A stretch of DNA of 63,523 nt, filler included, from Choristocarpus tenellus KU-1152 (lineage: Eukaryota; Protista; Phaeophyceae): assembly GCA_964200185.2 (NCBI GenBank). It is 10 parts of 10 records of this genome, joined end to end, with 100 filler letters (N's around TTAATTAATTAA, not from the genome) between each part and the next. Parts side by side here need not be neighbours in the genome. Positions count along the whole stretch, not along the records: positions 35,023 to 38,407 come from CAXNAD020020395.1; positions 38,508 to 41,547 come from CAXNAD020022759.1; positions 41,648 to 50,902 come from CAXNAD020003841.1; positions 51,003 to 63,523 come from CAXNAD020001811.1; 6 more parts are not named here. One strand, 5' to 3'. Positions 38,351-51,766 of the stretch are shown one piece after another. Both the position numbers and the translations under genes were made by a program. Numbering within the stretch: the first letter of the stretch is position 1; each line of letters opens with the position of its first letter. The notes below the pieces were generated by a model, which had not been told where the DNA came from, did not search any database, and saw only the letters and a program-made list of their open reading frames with translations.

Positions 38351-38549
38351 TCACATAATAAAAAACTTAAAAAAAAAAAAAAAAGAGAAAATTATACTAT
38401 TTTCTTGNNNNNNNNNNNNNNNNNNNNNNNNNNNNNNNNNNNNNNNNNNNNTTAATTAATTAANNNNNNNNNNNNNNNNNNNNNNNNNNNNNNNNNNNNN
38501 NNNNNNNGGATCTAAGAGTGTAGAGAGAGAGAGAAAGGAGGAGTGAGAC

Positions 38550-38592
<43 letters not shown>

Positions 38593-38799
38593 GGGGTTAA
38601 GGTGGCAGCAGCATCAATGCACAAGGTCTCTTCACTCGTGCAGAGGTTGATGGAAGAGGACACGATACAACTACTGTTCCAGGAACAGAAAGAGAAGACT
38701 GATCATTTGAACAGTTTACCTTGAACCCTATTCTACTCCCTAAATATGATTGTATCCACCATTCAAGTGCACTACCATCGGTGAAGACCTAAGGCACTT

Positions 38800-39057
38800 A
38801 AGAGGGTAGGAATTTTGCCCTGCTAGTCCGTTCGGGGCTCGGCTTCCCACGGTTTTTTTTATGCCCTTTTTTTCGGTTTTCTGTGTGTGAACACAGTTAC
38901 CTCAAATATCTACAACTACGAAAAGGTGTGTTTGGAACATGATGGATATTGACACTTCCTAACAAACACAACACCCAAAATTACATCAAAATTGCAACAT
39001 TGGATTTATCACTCCGAACGGACGCAGCCCTACCCTAACCCTCAGATACTTTGACTC
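38800..39057 (-). mobile_element. MITE family A copy (reverse, degraded)
   Basis: AGAGGGTAGGAATTTTGCCCTG ... GACACTTCCTAACAAACAC ... TACCCTAACCCTCAGATACTTTGACTC. Confidence 0.85.
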
Positions 39058-40259
39058 AAATGTGTGTGTGTGTGTGTGTGTGTGTGAGTCTGCATGCCTG
39101 TAGTGGTTGGGAGGTTAATCCTCCTGACCACAATAGAGTGTCTTCTAGAAAAGGCATATAATCCCTTGAAAGCATTATTATTTTATTAGCAATCGCAGAG
39201 AGGGAAGAAGTGGACCGACAAAAAACAAGGGAGATATCTAGGGTTAGGGAAGGGAAGAAGTGGACTGACTGCAAATTGAGGCAAGTGAGCACCATCGATC
39301 GGTTGCGGGGATTTCAGAACAAGCAGAAAAACTTTAAATGGTACTCAAATGATTCTAAATTAGACCAGTAAAGGCCGGAGCTTGTCACTAAACAAGCATC
39401 CAGGTACTGTGATCCTCACCCATAGGCTATCCTAACCCTGAATTATGACAGAACCCCACGGACACAGGCATTTCAAGTACACTTCAAGTACCTGCACTAT
39501 ATCACACCTTGGCTTCCTTTCAGTCGTCCCCTTACCCCCCCCCCCTTGTGGTCCAGGTGGCAGCACTATTGGGTGTATATTTCACTTTATGCAAAAACAA
39601 CTGTGCAGCCCTGCACACACATACCACGCTGGGAAGTACTCTTAACTTTGGAATGGAGGAGAGAAGAAAATATCACTGGGTAGCAGGAAAGCCCAAACCC
39701 AACAGGAACAAATAATAATAAAAAATTTCATGGGGGGGGAAAAAAAAGGAACATACACACAAAATCACACCCTCAAAAAATGAAGAATTCCTGACAAACT
39801 GAGATAGCACACAACTATGTCGACTCTCCCCCCCCCCAAAAAAATAAAATAATACAAACCCTACCATTGCAGTAACAAACCACACCAAACTGTCATGCTA
39901 ATAACATACAGCTGACAGACAGGAAATTTGCACCACTACAAGTGACCTATGTGCCACACTCACCAATAGGATGCAACTATCTATCGCTTGCAACACCCAC
40001 CCCCACCCCCCAACTGGCAAAGGTCAATAAGGTTCCCCCCGTATAGACCAAATCCCTCAAATCCTTACCAATCAACAGCCTCCTGCAGCAGCACGACATC
40101 CTCCCTGCTCCACGCAGCATCACCACCCCAAGCTTCCTCCCCCCCCCCGCCTCATACCCCCCCCCCCCCCCCCCCCCCCAGCACAGCCACCNNNNNNNNN
40201 NACAACACCCCCCCAAACCCCCCCCCCCCCCCCCCTCCTCCCCCCCCCCCCCCCCCCCT

Positions 40260-41527
40260 CATGATCCCGCTTCAGACCCCTGCTCCTCTCTCCCACCCCC
40301 CTTCCATATTTGTGCCCCATCCCAGCATCTGCGTGTCCTCCATAGCCATAACGCAGCTGATGGCTACGTCGTTGCTCCTCCAACTCATACATACTTCAAC
40401 AAGATACCGGGGAACAGAAGAGGAAAAAAAAGCAGGAGCAGGAGTTGGTGGGGGGCAGGCAGGCGAGGGTCCATTACACGCTACTACAGATATGCGGGGA
40501 GGGGTGGATTGGGATAAGTGATAGGGTTGGGGGTATAGGGGGAGGGACGGTCAAATCTAGAGATCAACCACCACAACAACAAAGGGCAGTGAAAGAACTT
40601 TCCAACAGTGGAACATATTATCACACACACAAGAAATTTCCTTGTGAAGAGCAGGAAAACAAGCGACCTTACAGGAAAAAAAAAGAGGACTAGCGCTCAA
40701 ATAAAAAACAACTCATATCCCAAGAAGCACACAACTCGATCTTCTTCCTTCCTCTTTCAACCATGATGTCCTTCACACACAGTAAGAGTCCCCCTAACGT
40801 TTCGATGCAGCCTTGACAAACTTATAGTGACAAGGGGAACTCAATACTTATCATGTATCTATCTGTTCAGTACAGGACAATTTAGCCCTAGCCCTAGCCC
40901 TAGCCATAACCCTAACACTCACCCCAACCCATGCAGCCTACAAATACAGCAAGGGGTACATTACCCAAGACACAACACGGTGATATCTTCCACACTTAAG
41001 AATCCAGAGCACAACCTCTTCTTTTAAACGACCGGCGGCGATGCCTGCCACCTACAAACAAAACCATCATGAAATCAAAAACAAAATATACTCCAACAAC
41101 CTTCGCTCCAAACGCCATCACAATGAACAATCAAAACCACTTCTACAGCATCCAACCTATATATATATATTAACCCAAACCCACATGGATGCCACACTTC
41201 TACAGCATTGATAGTGTTACACTCTTACTGAAGCAGCATGAACAATAGATATTGTTTCGTACCCCCCCCCCCAAAAAAAAGGGGTTCTCACCACCGGTAC
41301 TACCATACTGCACTGGAAAAAGAAAGGTTCTTGCACTGCACCACCACTACAACACAAGGCTGCAATGAATCAGCAATCAGCAATACACTGCCAAATGGAG
41401 TCGCCAATACCGTGCTACCCCTCAGCAATCACAGTGCCAAATGGTGATGACAGTGATAAGACACTCACAGCTTGCGTTCCTTCTCAATGGTGATGACCTT
41501 GTTCCTCACAAATAATTTCGCCTTCGC
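40260..41527 (-). CDS. Possible exons of an unknown gene (41527-41469 AKAKLFVRNKVITIEKERKL; ~40393 onward MYELEEQRRSHQLRYGYGG)
   Basis: Short exon bounded by TACAG| and |GTGAGT, with a phase-compatible continuation after TTGAAG|. No family recognised. Confidence 0.35.
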
Positions 41528-42391
41528 CTGTACAAGGGGAAATAACCNNNNNNNNNNNNNNNNNNNNNNNNNNNNNNNNNNNNNNNNNNNNTTAATTAAT
41601 TAANNNNNNNNNNNNNNNNNNNNNNNNNNNNNNNNNNNNNNNNNNNNCCCCCCCCCCCCCCCCCATTGACCCGTAACAGATGTAACAGCCAGGGTTGTCT
41701 ACATGTTTGTGACAAGAAGAGTAATGAGTTGTAAGCCATGAATTTTCAAGCACAAAGTACTCCAGAACATTCCATTGGTTCAATTGCATGTTGCCCTAAC
41801 AGGTATCAGACAGCACTGAACCAATAGTCGAATGCCCTCTGCTCTGCTTGGTCACACACTACACTTCCAGAGTATTATCGCAGTTCAGTGCCACTTAAAT
41901 GGGTATACTACGAGTGTTGCGCATCTTAGGCTTGTATTGTAGGCTGTACAAACGACCAACAATAATACTACAAAGTACTCAAAACCACAGCCCAGGGTGT
42001 GCTACTCCCCCACCAATTTCTGGGCTGTTCTTGGTCAAAGTGAGGCCTTACCCAGCCCCACACCTTCCAAGATGGGAAGTAATACCTTAACAGACAAATC
42101 AGACAAATATCAAGTTTGTCTCCCTGAGACAAGTGCCAGGGCCAGCTTTGTCTCTATGTTTCCAATGACTTGATTATTGAAACAAAACTCTGGACCTCAT
42201 GTCATAACTTCCTTCACCTCATGGGTGTGTACTACTTAAAGCTCTCAGGAGTCACAGAGGTATTCACAAATCACCCTATCATACAAGCTACAGATAATAT
42301 CACAAATAACATTATCATTATCTCATCTCAAATTGAGTTGGCATACAGCTGAAGGCCTTAACACCTAGTTGTCATACTTAACAAGTTTTAC

Positions 42392-45300
42392 CTGTTTCTC
42401 TATGTCTGGGTCAACACCAAGCCTCTGTCGATCAAATGGAAAAGGTCGTCCACCATCAAGGCATGCCACCATATGCCCCACTGCAGTGCCAAGTGATATT
42501 GGTCGATGCATTGAGGCAGCAACCTGAGTCAAGGTCATGGAGCCTTGACCAATCATTGGTTTGCAGTACAAGAAGAATTAAATAAGAAAAGTATTAATAA
42601 TAAATTGTACGTAGCACCAACTATTAACAAAGTGAGCATTGACAACAAAAGTATCTATGGTTTCTGGTTGTGATGAGTCGAGGGGCAAGAATAAAGTAAT
42701 CTGAACATCTCACACACTGCTGTGTATTGCATGAACCATGGGGCATGGGGCACCCTTCAATGACAAGAACTGGATATGAACAGGCATTAGGATACAACAA
42801 TAAAAACCTCAAAGGGAAATTGTAGACTTGAACTTAAAGTCACAAGAAAAAAAATTGTCTAGAAGGGAAAGTCAATGAGAGTGGAATAAACAGCCTTTGC
42901 AAGAGTGGGAGAAGGAGGTGGGGCGAGATCTAGAAAATCAGAGACCTGTGACCTTGTGAGTTCAGGCCTCACAACTTGTTCGATGCTCCTAAATCATGCT
43001 CTTGCAACACATTCCCACACAGGACACACAACACTCATTCAGTGGTAGATCGCGTCAATAGTCTCAAAAAAAAAAATCCAGCCCACCATTCTGCATGTAT
43101 TTGTTGTACAGTGCAATCTGCACATCCGTAACTGGTTTTGTGTCCCTCCTGTACAGCCAGAACACAAGTCAGTCAGCTAGTCAGTCAGTCAGTCGGTTAG
43201 TTAGCATGCAACTTAGCATGATACAGTCAGAATGCAATTGGGTGAGATGCATAGTCAGATCATAGCCCTAAAGTACTCTCCGTACAATTGTAGCATGAAA
43301 TAGATGTAGATCACATTGTTCTGCTAAACATTCTTCACCAGTAACCCTAATCCTACATGATTGATTGGCAGTAGTACTGTGCAAGACTAATTCACAGTAA
43401 TTCACTCACTATTGTCAGCTTAGAACTGACATTATGTCATCATTTGTGACACTAGAAAACTGCTCAATCAAAAGAGGACTGGTTCATTTACTTGCTATCC
43501 ATTCTTAGTAGGCTCTTCAACAGTGCAACGCATGGGATGCTAGGTAGTGTACTCTAACATTATTATTTCTAACATTATTATACAGGAACCCTGTACTGGC
43601 CCCTTCCCGTGTAAAATTCTTAGGTGACTGTTAAAAATGGTGCTACATAGTGTGGATAGATGAGAGGCCCATACTGTATAACCAATAGACTAGTACTCCC
43701 AGTATAAAACTGTAGGAATGCACCAACTGACACAAGTCTGAAACAAGTCTGAAACAAGTCTGAAACAAGTCTGACACAAGACAAGTCTGAAGCAAGTCTG
43801 ACACAAGACAAGTCTGGACATGGTAGCATCTCGAAAAGACCCTCTTACACAAGTGACACAAGTAATAAACATGTTTCATGAAACCAAGGGGTATTCAAAA
43901 GAAGCAAATTGTCTCTCACATTGTAGTCATCCACATTTCTGAGCTAGGATCTGCAACAATCTTTGGCACATTGGGGCTGAGGTCATATTCACTGCAACCC
44001 ATTGCAATCACCTGCACTCAAAAAAAAGAAAAATATAAAGGCGTTAATGGAAAGTTAACATGTTGACATATTTTGTTTATCCTAAGATAGAGTTGGTAAG
44101 AATAGTTGAAGATTAACCCTGTTGAGTTCTCCTACTCTTCATGCTCATCATACATTGGTGTGTCTTGCACGGGTATAGAGATACACAAATACACTACACA
44201 AATGGCAACAACAGTACACCATCAAGACCCCTTTGGTGTTGTACTTCTCAAGTGTCCTCTCTGTGTAGATGCAGTGCATTAGGTCTACACCACCAAATGG
44301 AGTAGGATAGTGGATAGGCTTTCTTGTTTATTTCAATCTCAATTACCTTGACAATTTCTTCCCCATAGTCCTGTATCTTCTTTTCCGATATTCCATCCAC
44401 TGTGTGTAATGCGGGAAGATCTGTTGGTCTTTGGACTGACAGCTGTCGAAGGACAGGTACCCCAAGGACATTGTAGGGAGGAATACCATGACGAACAGCA
44501 ATCTCTGATCGTAATGTGTGCTGTTCAGACCAAGTGACATCAAAGTGACATCAAAGTGACATCAAAGTGACATCAACAGGGGGTGTCAAGCAAAAAAAGC
44601 ACCGTTGTTATGGCTTCTGAGGAACTGGAGTCATACTTGGTTCACCACCTATGGCAAGCGGCGGTGATGTTCAATATGATGTTCAATATGTTCAATATGA
44701 TGTTCAATGTGATGTTCAATATGATATATATATATAATGTACAGGATATGCATAATGATGTAAAAAAATTGTACAACCACATCACACTACATCACACTAT
44801 GTAAACAAAAAATTAAAAGTGTACATTCAAGTGCACATCAAGAATGTCAACCTACAACCCTGTATGAGACTCAAGGCATCAAGATACTGCTAAAGTCTTG
44901 TATAATAATACACATACCTACACACACAAACAATACACACATTATTGTTACAAGACAATTGCAATACCTACACACACAAAACAATGCACACATTATTGTT
45001 ACACCCACCAGTCTGTCATACATCTTCTTCTCTGCCCCTTCAAGTCCAATGCCCGTTCCTCTTCCAGGAACGCAGCCCTGGTTTGATGGTACAGCCCGTG
45101 CCTGTACCTCTGTTTGACACCGTAAGCGCCTAGCTGCCACCTCTCGGGAATGTTTCATCTTCTCCCCCTCAGCATGCAGCTCCTCGGATGGGACAAAGGA
45201 CGCAGGCAGCTTGGCCTGCATTTATCAAGGACCAGTCACAGAAATGTTCATTGTTGATGTCTGGCCCATTGCCTCTTGGGAGGGAAGTGTCTTATTTGCA

Positions 45301-48300
45301 TTCAAATGTTGGGTCACTCTTACTGAGGCTATGTACTTGCAATATTTCACTAAAGTAAATATGATAAAATACAAAAGTCTTTCACTAAAGTAGGTTGGCT
45401 CCACATGTCATTTCTTTGTCCAAAATACAGCAATAGCAATAGTCAACGAATCATAAAACTGTACAACAAGGACCCACTGTAAGCATTACAAAAGGCACAG
45501 ACCACCAAGTTGAAGGACAGAAACCTCACCAATGCATTTCGCAGGAAGGTCTCCCCATTTCTTGTGAGTTTGTATGTTGTCCGACCCATCCCATTCATAC
45601 CACTTAAAGAGACCGCTTCTAGCAACCTGAGGGGATAGAGATAGATGGAGTTTGTCTTGTGAGCACTTGGCAACTTGCTGTGGATAGTGACTAATTCACT
45701 GGTCTATGTAAAGGAAATGGGATATATTGATTTGAGTATACTATTATTAAAGTATACTATTATGAAGTGGCACGCCATAAACAAAAACAATAGATCGTTT
45801 AGTGACATCCTCTATTCACATAAAGTACACATTACACTGTGGAAAAGAGATTGTATAAATGTTATGGTTCTGCAAAGAATGTTGTCCATCCTATTGTAAA
45901 AATGTTATGGTTCTTCAAAGAATGTTGTCCATCCTATTGTATAAATGCAATTGTTCTTCAAAGAATGTTGTCCATCCTGTTGTATAAATGCAACTATTCT
46001 TCAAAGAATGTTGTCCATCCTGTTGTATAAACGTAATTGTTCTTCAAAGAATGTTGTCCATCCTACTGTATAAATGTAATTGTTCTTCAAAGAATGTTGT
46101 CCATCCTACTATATAAATGTAATTGTTCTTCAAAGAATGTCCATCCTTAACAGAGAAAAAATATATACACACACACTCCAAAGCACATGTTGGCACACAC
46201 CCCTTGCACACAGAAGTCTACATTCCAAATAGTGTGTACTTCATACATGCAATGTGGTCTGCCCACATCTTAGAAAAAAAAAAGAAAGGACAAAATTTCA
46301 CAACCACATCAGAACCAGCAGAGGGTCTGTGACACAATGTGTCAAGAATATATTTTTTACGTTACTAGTAGTTTTTTATGTTAATAATATCTTGTATCTT
46401 TTGTATCAAGGGCGTATCTAGCCAGCTTGAAGGGAGTGAAGTCAGGAAAAGAACGGTGCTCCTCCACATTAACATACTGTATTCTAATACTAACATTTGA
46501 TACTGTATTCTAATACTACATAACATACTGTATTCTAATACTAACATTTGATACTGTATTCTAATACTAACATTTGATACTGTATTCTAATACTAACATT
46601 TGATACTGTATTCTAATACTACATAACATACTGTATTCTAATACTAACATTTGAAACAGGCTGTAAGTTGCTTCCATGCTGTATGTGCATAGGTTGTTAT
46701 CTCAGTTGACTGACTGTTCCGAATGACAGAAATATCTCCTTCTGTAGCAGGAATCAGCATGTGGGATTGTGATTATTGAATCATCTTCAAAAATAGGGCC
46801 TTAGTTTTCAATTCCCACAACACACAACCCACCCACCATCATTATGGGGATCAAAAAAAAAAAAAAAATGGAATCCATACAATTCATCTCTCCACAAGGA
46901 AGGGTGGAGGGCATAATTTCCATTGTGTATTTGTAAACTCTATCTTTACTGTTAATGTTGTGATAATATTCTTACCTATACACTTTGAGAAGATGGCAAT
47001 AAAAAAATATTATATTAAAAGTAAAATTACTCTATCATACTGATTCATATATATATATATAGTTTCAGTATACTTTACATAGTTAAGAAGGGTGCATTAT
47101 CCCACTTTAAAATTCAAATCATATCTTGGATGGCATTCTTAGCATGTAGAGCAATTCAATAGGTAGGACAGTGGCCAAAAGGGGGAAACTCCAACATCTT
47201 CAGACTAATGAGAATATAATAACTGAGTGTATGCATTAGACTGATTTGGACAATGTTCTTGGCACCTCTTCATATAAGAGCATCTCCTGTTGTCGTATAG
47301 AATTTTCCTTGTAAAATTCATACACTTTTATCACACTTCCACATCATCAGAAATAGTTCTGAACATGAAAGAAACGTTTCTGTCGTGTAATCATTAGAAG
47401 GAAGTGTTTCCTTTCTTTCAAACAAAATTAGAAAACTCTTCTGTACCATAATGTGCAGTGTGTGGTGTCCAGTGTGGAAAAATTTGCCTCATTTGTATGA
47501 TGCTTTGTATTTTCATGAGATCCATCAGATTAAATATCACTTTTGGTGGATCTTCCGCACATGTCATATGTATTGAAATCAGTACATCATGGCCAAAAGG
47601 AATCAGGGTCTTTTTGCTTCTCTCCTACTCATGGATTAATTGATTAATTGATTAATTGACTAGTTGAAGAATTGATTAATTCTCAACTTCCCTTATATTA
47701 ATTTCTGAAAAAAAAGTTGCGAAGTCTATCAAACAATTCACATAGTTTATCAAACAATTCATAGTTTATCAAACAATCCATAGTTTATCAAACAATTCAT
47801 AGTCTATCAAACAATTCATAGTCTATCAAACAATTCATAGTCTATCAAACAATTCATAGTTTATCAAACAATTCATAGTTTATCAAACGATCCATAGATA
47901 CTGAAATGATGTTGGAAGGTTGGGGAAAGTGTTCTACATTAAAGACACTCCTCAAGTAGGTCCTTGGGGAGTACACCTTATAATCTTAGGCCAGGAAAGG
48001 GTACTACTATGGATCACCAAACAGCAAAAGGGGGCACAAGTTCAAAATAGAAGACAGCATGAGGTATACCCCCCATCTTCCAGAACAAAGGGGGGTACAC
48101 TTTTACATATTGCTTGATATCACACACATATTGCTCTGACCTTACATACAGATAATCTACAGATAAAGAGTAAATTATGTTACAATCATTTTGTACCCCC
48201 CTTTAAACCAGAATTGTGGGGGTATAATATTCCCCTCCTTTCCAGTCATCCAATAGCTAATAAAACCACCCAAAAAAATAAACAGACAGTAGTAACAGTG

Positions 48301-50056
48301 GTGTTGTGAATCAAAACCACTTATGAACAGAACTTACACTGGCTACTGTTGGCTCAATTATCTTCTATGTACTTGGTGATATCAAAATGTGCATGCAGTA
48401 CATGAATCAAATCAAGGTGCACAAGTCACTAACATCCACAAGTAGAGATAGACCATACAACACTCATTTACAAAACAAGAAATCAAAAATTATATCTCAA
48501 TTTCCGGTTTTGGTTCATCACCATACTTGCGGTCAAGATTGATATCATAACTACACCTATCAATACCTGTAACTACATCAATAATTATCTGTAACTACAT
48601 CTATCAATACCTGTAACTGCATGTATTAATAGTTATTAATTGTTGTATCAAGTCAATCTATACACTTCACTAAAGTAATACAGAGAGCAGATAGAGTTAC
48701 TAGGGACAATCATACCAAGACACCTGCCTTGAACTTATGTATGTACTTTGTCTACAAATTAACAGGAGCACAAACACATTTTCCAAAGAGTAGCAACTGA
48801 GTTAAAGGGGGGGGAGGGGGATACACACCTCTCTCGCTCCACTAGTTGATGGAACAAAGCCTTCCAGAAGGCTTCTGAGTGGCCATTGCCTTTTCCTTTT
48901 GCAAATGAGGTTTTCTTCGTGGCATTGTACACCTTATCTTTGCACTTCTTTGTACCCATCAGTAGAGATATTGGGACTGTTGTATTCCAGAGGGACAGCA
49001 GGGGGCCAATATCAAACTACTATAGACAACAAGAAACCAGGCATGCATAATACAAGGTTAATACAAGGTTCAGTAGCAGGGAATTTGACATCTTGACAGT
49101 CAAATACTAAGACCAAGATTAGGTGCAAACTTCACAAATAGTTTAAATACCAACATAAATGTAATCAGACACATTGTCGCAAGTGAACCTGGGAGAGGGG
49201 ACAGGAGAAAAGCTTACCCAAAAGGCCAAAGCGTTGACCAGAGTCTTGCACGGCCTGCAGCAGTAACCGTGTTAGGTCCGAATACAAGTCTACATCCTGA
49301 AAAAAAAAAAATGGGGTCAAACAAAAAATAGTCACATATTTGTGTAATCTCTCGGAAGACTTCAAACATAATGCTATGGACCTGTATTAACATGTTGCAT
49401 GTTCTGTGGATGCAACCTCTGTGCTACAAATAGCCAGTGTCAGAGGCAATCTTCCTACACACACAGGTAAGTATGTATACGTAGTATTTTCTGTCTCAAG
49501 GAGAGTATGTTCATCTTGTTAATCTTGTTCTATATTTGCCATTCCTTGTGATTAACCCTAACCCTAACTCTTCCATATGGAAAAGGGTAACAAAAAAAAA
49601 ATATTGCTCACATTAACCAAAGGTCTAACCAATGAGAAATCTCTTACCCACCTCAATATGGGGAAACAGCCACCACTGAGAAAATTGCTAAGGAGACAAG
49701 ATAAACATCATAACCTCCTGCTTCAAAAACAGTAAACTACTTCCTAAGACAAAACACATAGTCCGCACTATGTACTAGGTAGATACTATAAATATCATAC
49801 AGCAGTGAAAAGCAATGTCTAATACACCAATCAAAGATTACACCTTCTAAGGACAACATCCACAGGACGCGATTCTTCAGTACCATCATACCATCATAAT
49901 AGTCCCTCATTCCACAGATAGACCAGTGCTAAAATAGGGTAACACTTATGTCTTGTATACAATACTTTACCTCACTTGAGCTGGTGTTACCACCTCTTGA
50001 GGCAATAGCAGAAGCACGGTCACAGTTGTCACATCCCTCACACCTTTTGCCGTTCT
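42392..50056 (-). CDS. WRN-like RecQ helicase, C-terminal exons: 50056-49971, 49296-49218, 48976-48829, 45626-45530, 45215-45009, 44520-44347, 42523-42392 (helicase core lies upstream of the gap; other small exons may be missed)
   Basis: Phase-consistent splicing gives KRCEGCDNCD (RecQ Zn-binding) and DLTRLLLQAVQDSGQRFGLLVPISLLMG...FAKGKGNGHSEAFWKALFHQL...YKLTRNGETFL (RQC winged helix). It continues with MYDRLHTLRSEIAVRHGIPPYNVLGVPVLRQLSVQRPTDLPALHTVDGISEKKIQDYGEEIVK (HRDC) and RPISLGTAVGHMVACLDGG (WRN-type C-terminal HTH). Confidence 0.9.
43732..43820. repeat. ACAAGTCTGAA-type short tandem repeat
   Basis: About 6 copies of CAAGTCTG with an 11-18 bp period. Confidence 0.9.
44532..44576. repeat. 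(AAGTGACATCA)4 tandem repeat just upstream of a splice acceptor
   Basis: Direct inspection. Confidence 0.9.
45851..46147. repeat. 43-bp minisatellite, 7 copies
   Basis: TTGTATAAATGTAATTGTTCTTCAAAGAATGTTGTCCATCCTA consensus, head-to-tail. Confidence 0.95.
46471..46653. repeat. 25/26-bp minisatellite, 7 copies
   Basis: Core ATACTGTATTCTAATACT followed by AACATTTG or ACATAAC. Confidence 0.95.
47724..47897. repeat. 19-bp minisatellite, 9 copies
   Basis: AGT(T/C)TATCAAACAATTCAT. Confidence 0.95.
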
Positions 50057-50381
50057 CTGCCAAGGTGCAGGGGATAGATAGTAACATGGCGTGGTTTGTG
50101 AGTTACATAAGAATGATTGCTTCACCAGCGTAAATAAAAAGGTTAAGGGAGGTAAGGGAGGTAAGAGAGGTATAGACACAACAATCAGCATTGAGTAACT
50201 GTGGTTCTCAAGCAGGAGGAGATATTTCAACTAAACATTAGCAGGAGATGTGAAATAATAGAATGGTACAATGCAATAGAATAGATTACAACAGAAAAAG
50301 ATTACAGCATGAATGCAGTCTCCATTTTGTTATCTTGTTATTTTGTTATTTTTTGTAAGTGTGAGAACTTACTCGTGCGCA

Positions 50382-50902
50382 AGGTTGTAACTTTTCTAGG
50401 GGGTTGTAACTTGTCTAGGAAGTTGTAACTTGTCTAGGAGGTTGTAACTTGTCTAGGGGGTTGTAACTTTTCTAGGAGGTTGTAACTTTTCTAGGGGGTT
50501 GTAACTTGTCTAGGAAGTTGTAACTTGTCTAGGAGGTTGTAACTTGTCTAGGAGGTTGTAACTTGTCTAGGAGGTTGTAACTTGTCTAGGGGGTTGTAAC
50601 TTGTCTAGGAGGTTGTAACTTGTCTAGGAGGTTGTAACTTGTCCAAGGGGGTTGTAACTTGTCTAGGGGGTTGTAACTTGTCTAGGAGGTTGTAACTTGT
50701 CTAGGGGGTTGTAACTTGTCTAGGTGGTTGTAACTTGTCTAGGGGGTTGTAACTTGTCTAGGAGGTTGTAACTTGTCTAGGGGGTTGTAACTTGTCTAGG
50801 AAGTTGTAACTTGTCTAGGAGGTTGTAACTTGTCTAGGAGGTTGTAACTTGTCTAGGAGGTTGTAACTTGTCTAGGAGGTTGTAACTTGTCTAGGGGGTT
50901 GT
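50382..50902. repeat. 19-bp minisatellite, ~27 copies, running into the gap
   Basis: (A/G)GGTTGTAACTTGTCTAGG head-to-tail. Confidence 0.97.
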
Positions 50903-51002
50903 NNNNNNNNNNNNNNNNNNNNNNNNNNNNNNNNNNNNNNNNNNNNTTAATTAATTAANNNNNNNNNNNNNNNNNNNNNNNNNNNNNNNNNNNNNNNNNN
51001 NN

Positions 51003-51552
51003 CGGTTTGGCATTGTGGGAGGGAGTGGTACCTCGGCAGGGAGGGGTACAGGTACAGGCACAGGTACAGGTACCAAGTACGGCGGTGGATACCCCGGAAA
51101 AGTGGACTTCTTCACACCATTCGTTGCCTTCCGGGAGGCATCGAGATTGGTCTGGGGATAGGGGGAAGAGGCTCAGTAGCTTCACGTTGAGTCAGCATGG
51201 GGGCAGAAAGGGTCGGGGTAGTACACTGGTGGCGAGTTCGAGGGAAGACGTAGAAGGTCCAGTGTTACCCTCGGTCCCGAAGGTGTCCTCCGTTGTTGGG
51301 GTAGGGGCATCGAGGGCGGCAGTGGTTGAGAAGGTTGAATCGCCGAGACTGTCGTCTCCTACTGCGGAAGGGGTATTTGAGGGGGATCGTGGTAGTTCTA
51401 ATATTGTGACTGAATCTGAGATCGGCTCTGGAGCCTTTGTAGCGGCCACCGTGGCGGCTACGGGTGGTGGGGAAGGAGGGCGGGGGGGTGTTGGTGGAGG
51501 TGAGAGTGAGGTGGAGAGTGACTTGGTTAAAAGTGTCAGCACGCCGTTTTGA
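51003..51552 (+). CDS. Probable terminal exon of an unknown low-complexity protein
   Basis: Open from the contig start to TGA. G/S/V/E-rich, like other exons in this genome. The antisense frame has an internal stop. Confidence 0.4.
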
Positions 51553-51725
51553 AGCTGTGGGTGTTGTGTGCGGGCGGGGGGCTGTGTTGTGGTTTTGTCT
51601 GTCGTTGACAAGTCTGTTCGGTTTTGTATTCTGCGTGAGGAGGGATGCCCGTGTGGATACAGTATTAAACAAAAAATAGTATTACTTTTTGTTGCCTCGG
51701 TCCATCAAGATTTGTCAAAAACGAG

Positions 51726-51766
<41 letters not shown>

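Noticed and set aside
39977-40521. Pro-rich/Gly-rich ORFs (extensin/formin-like)
   Set aside because: Generated by unreliable poly-C tracts and N's.
45851-50902. Regular repeats resembling CRISPR arrays
   Set aside because: Head-to-tail units with no unique spacers, no cas genes, and located in eukaryotic introns.
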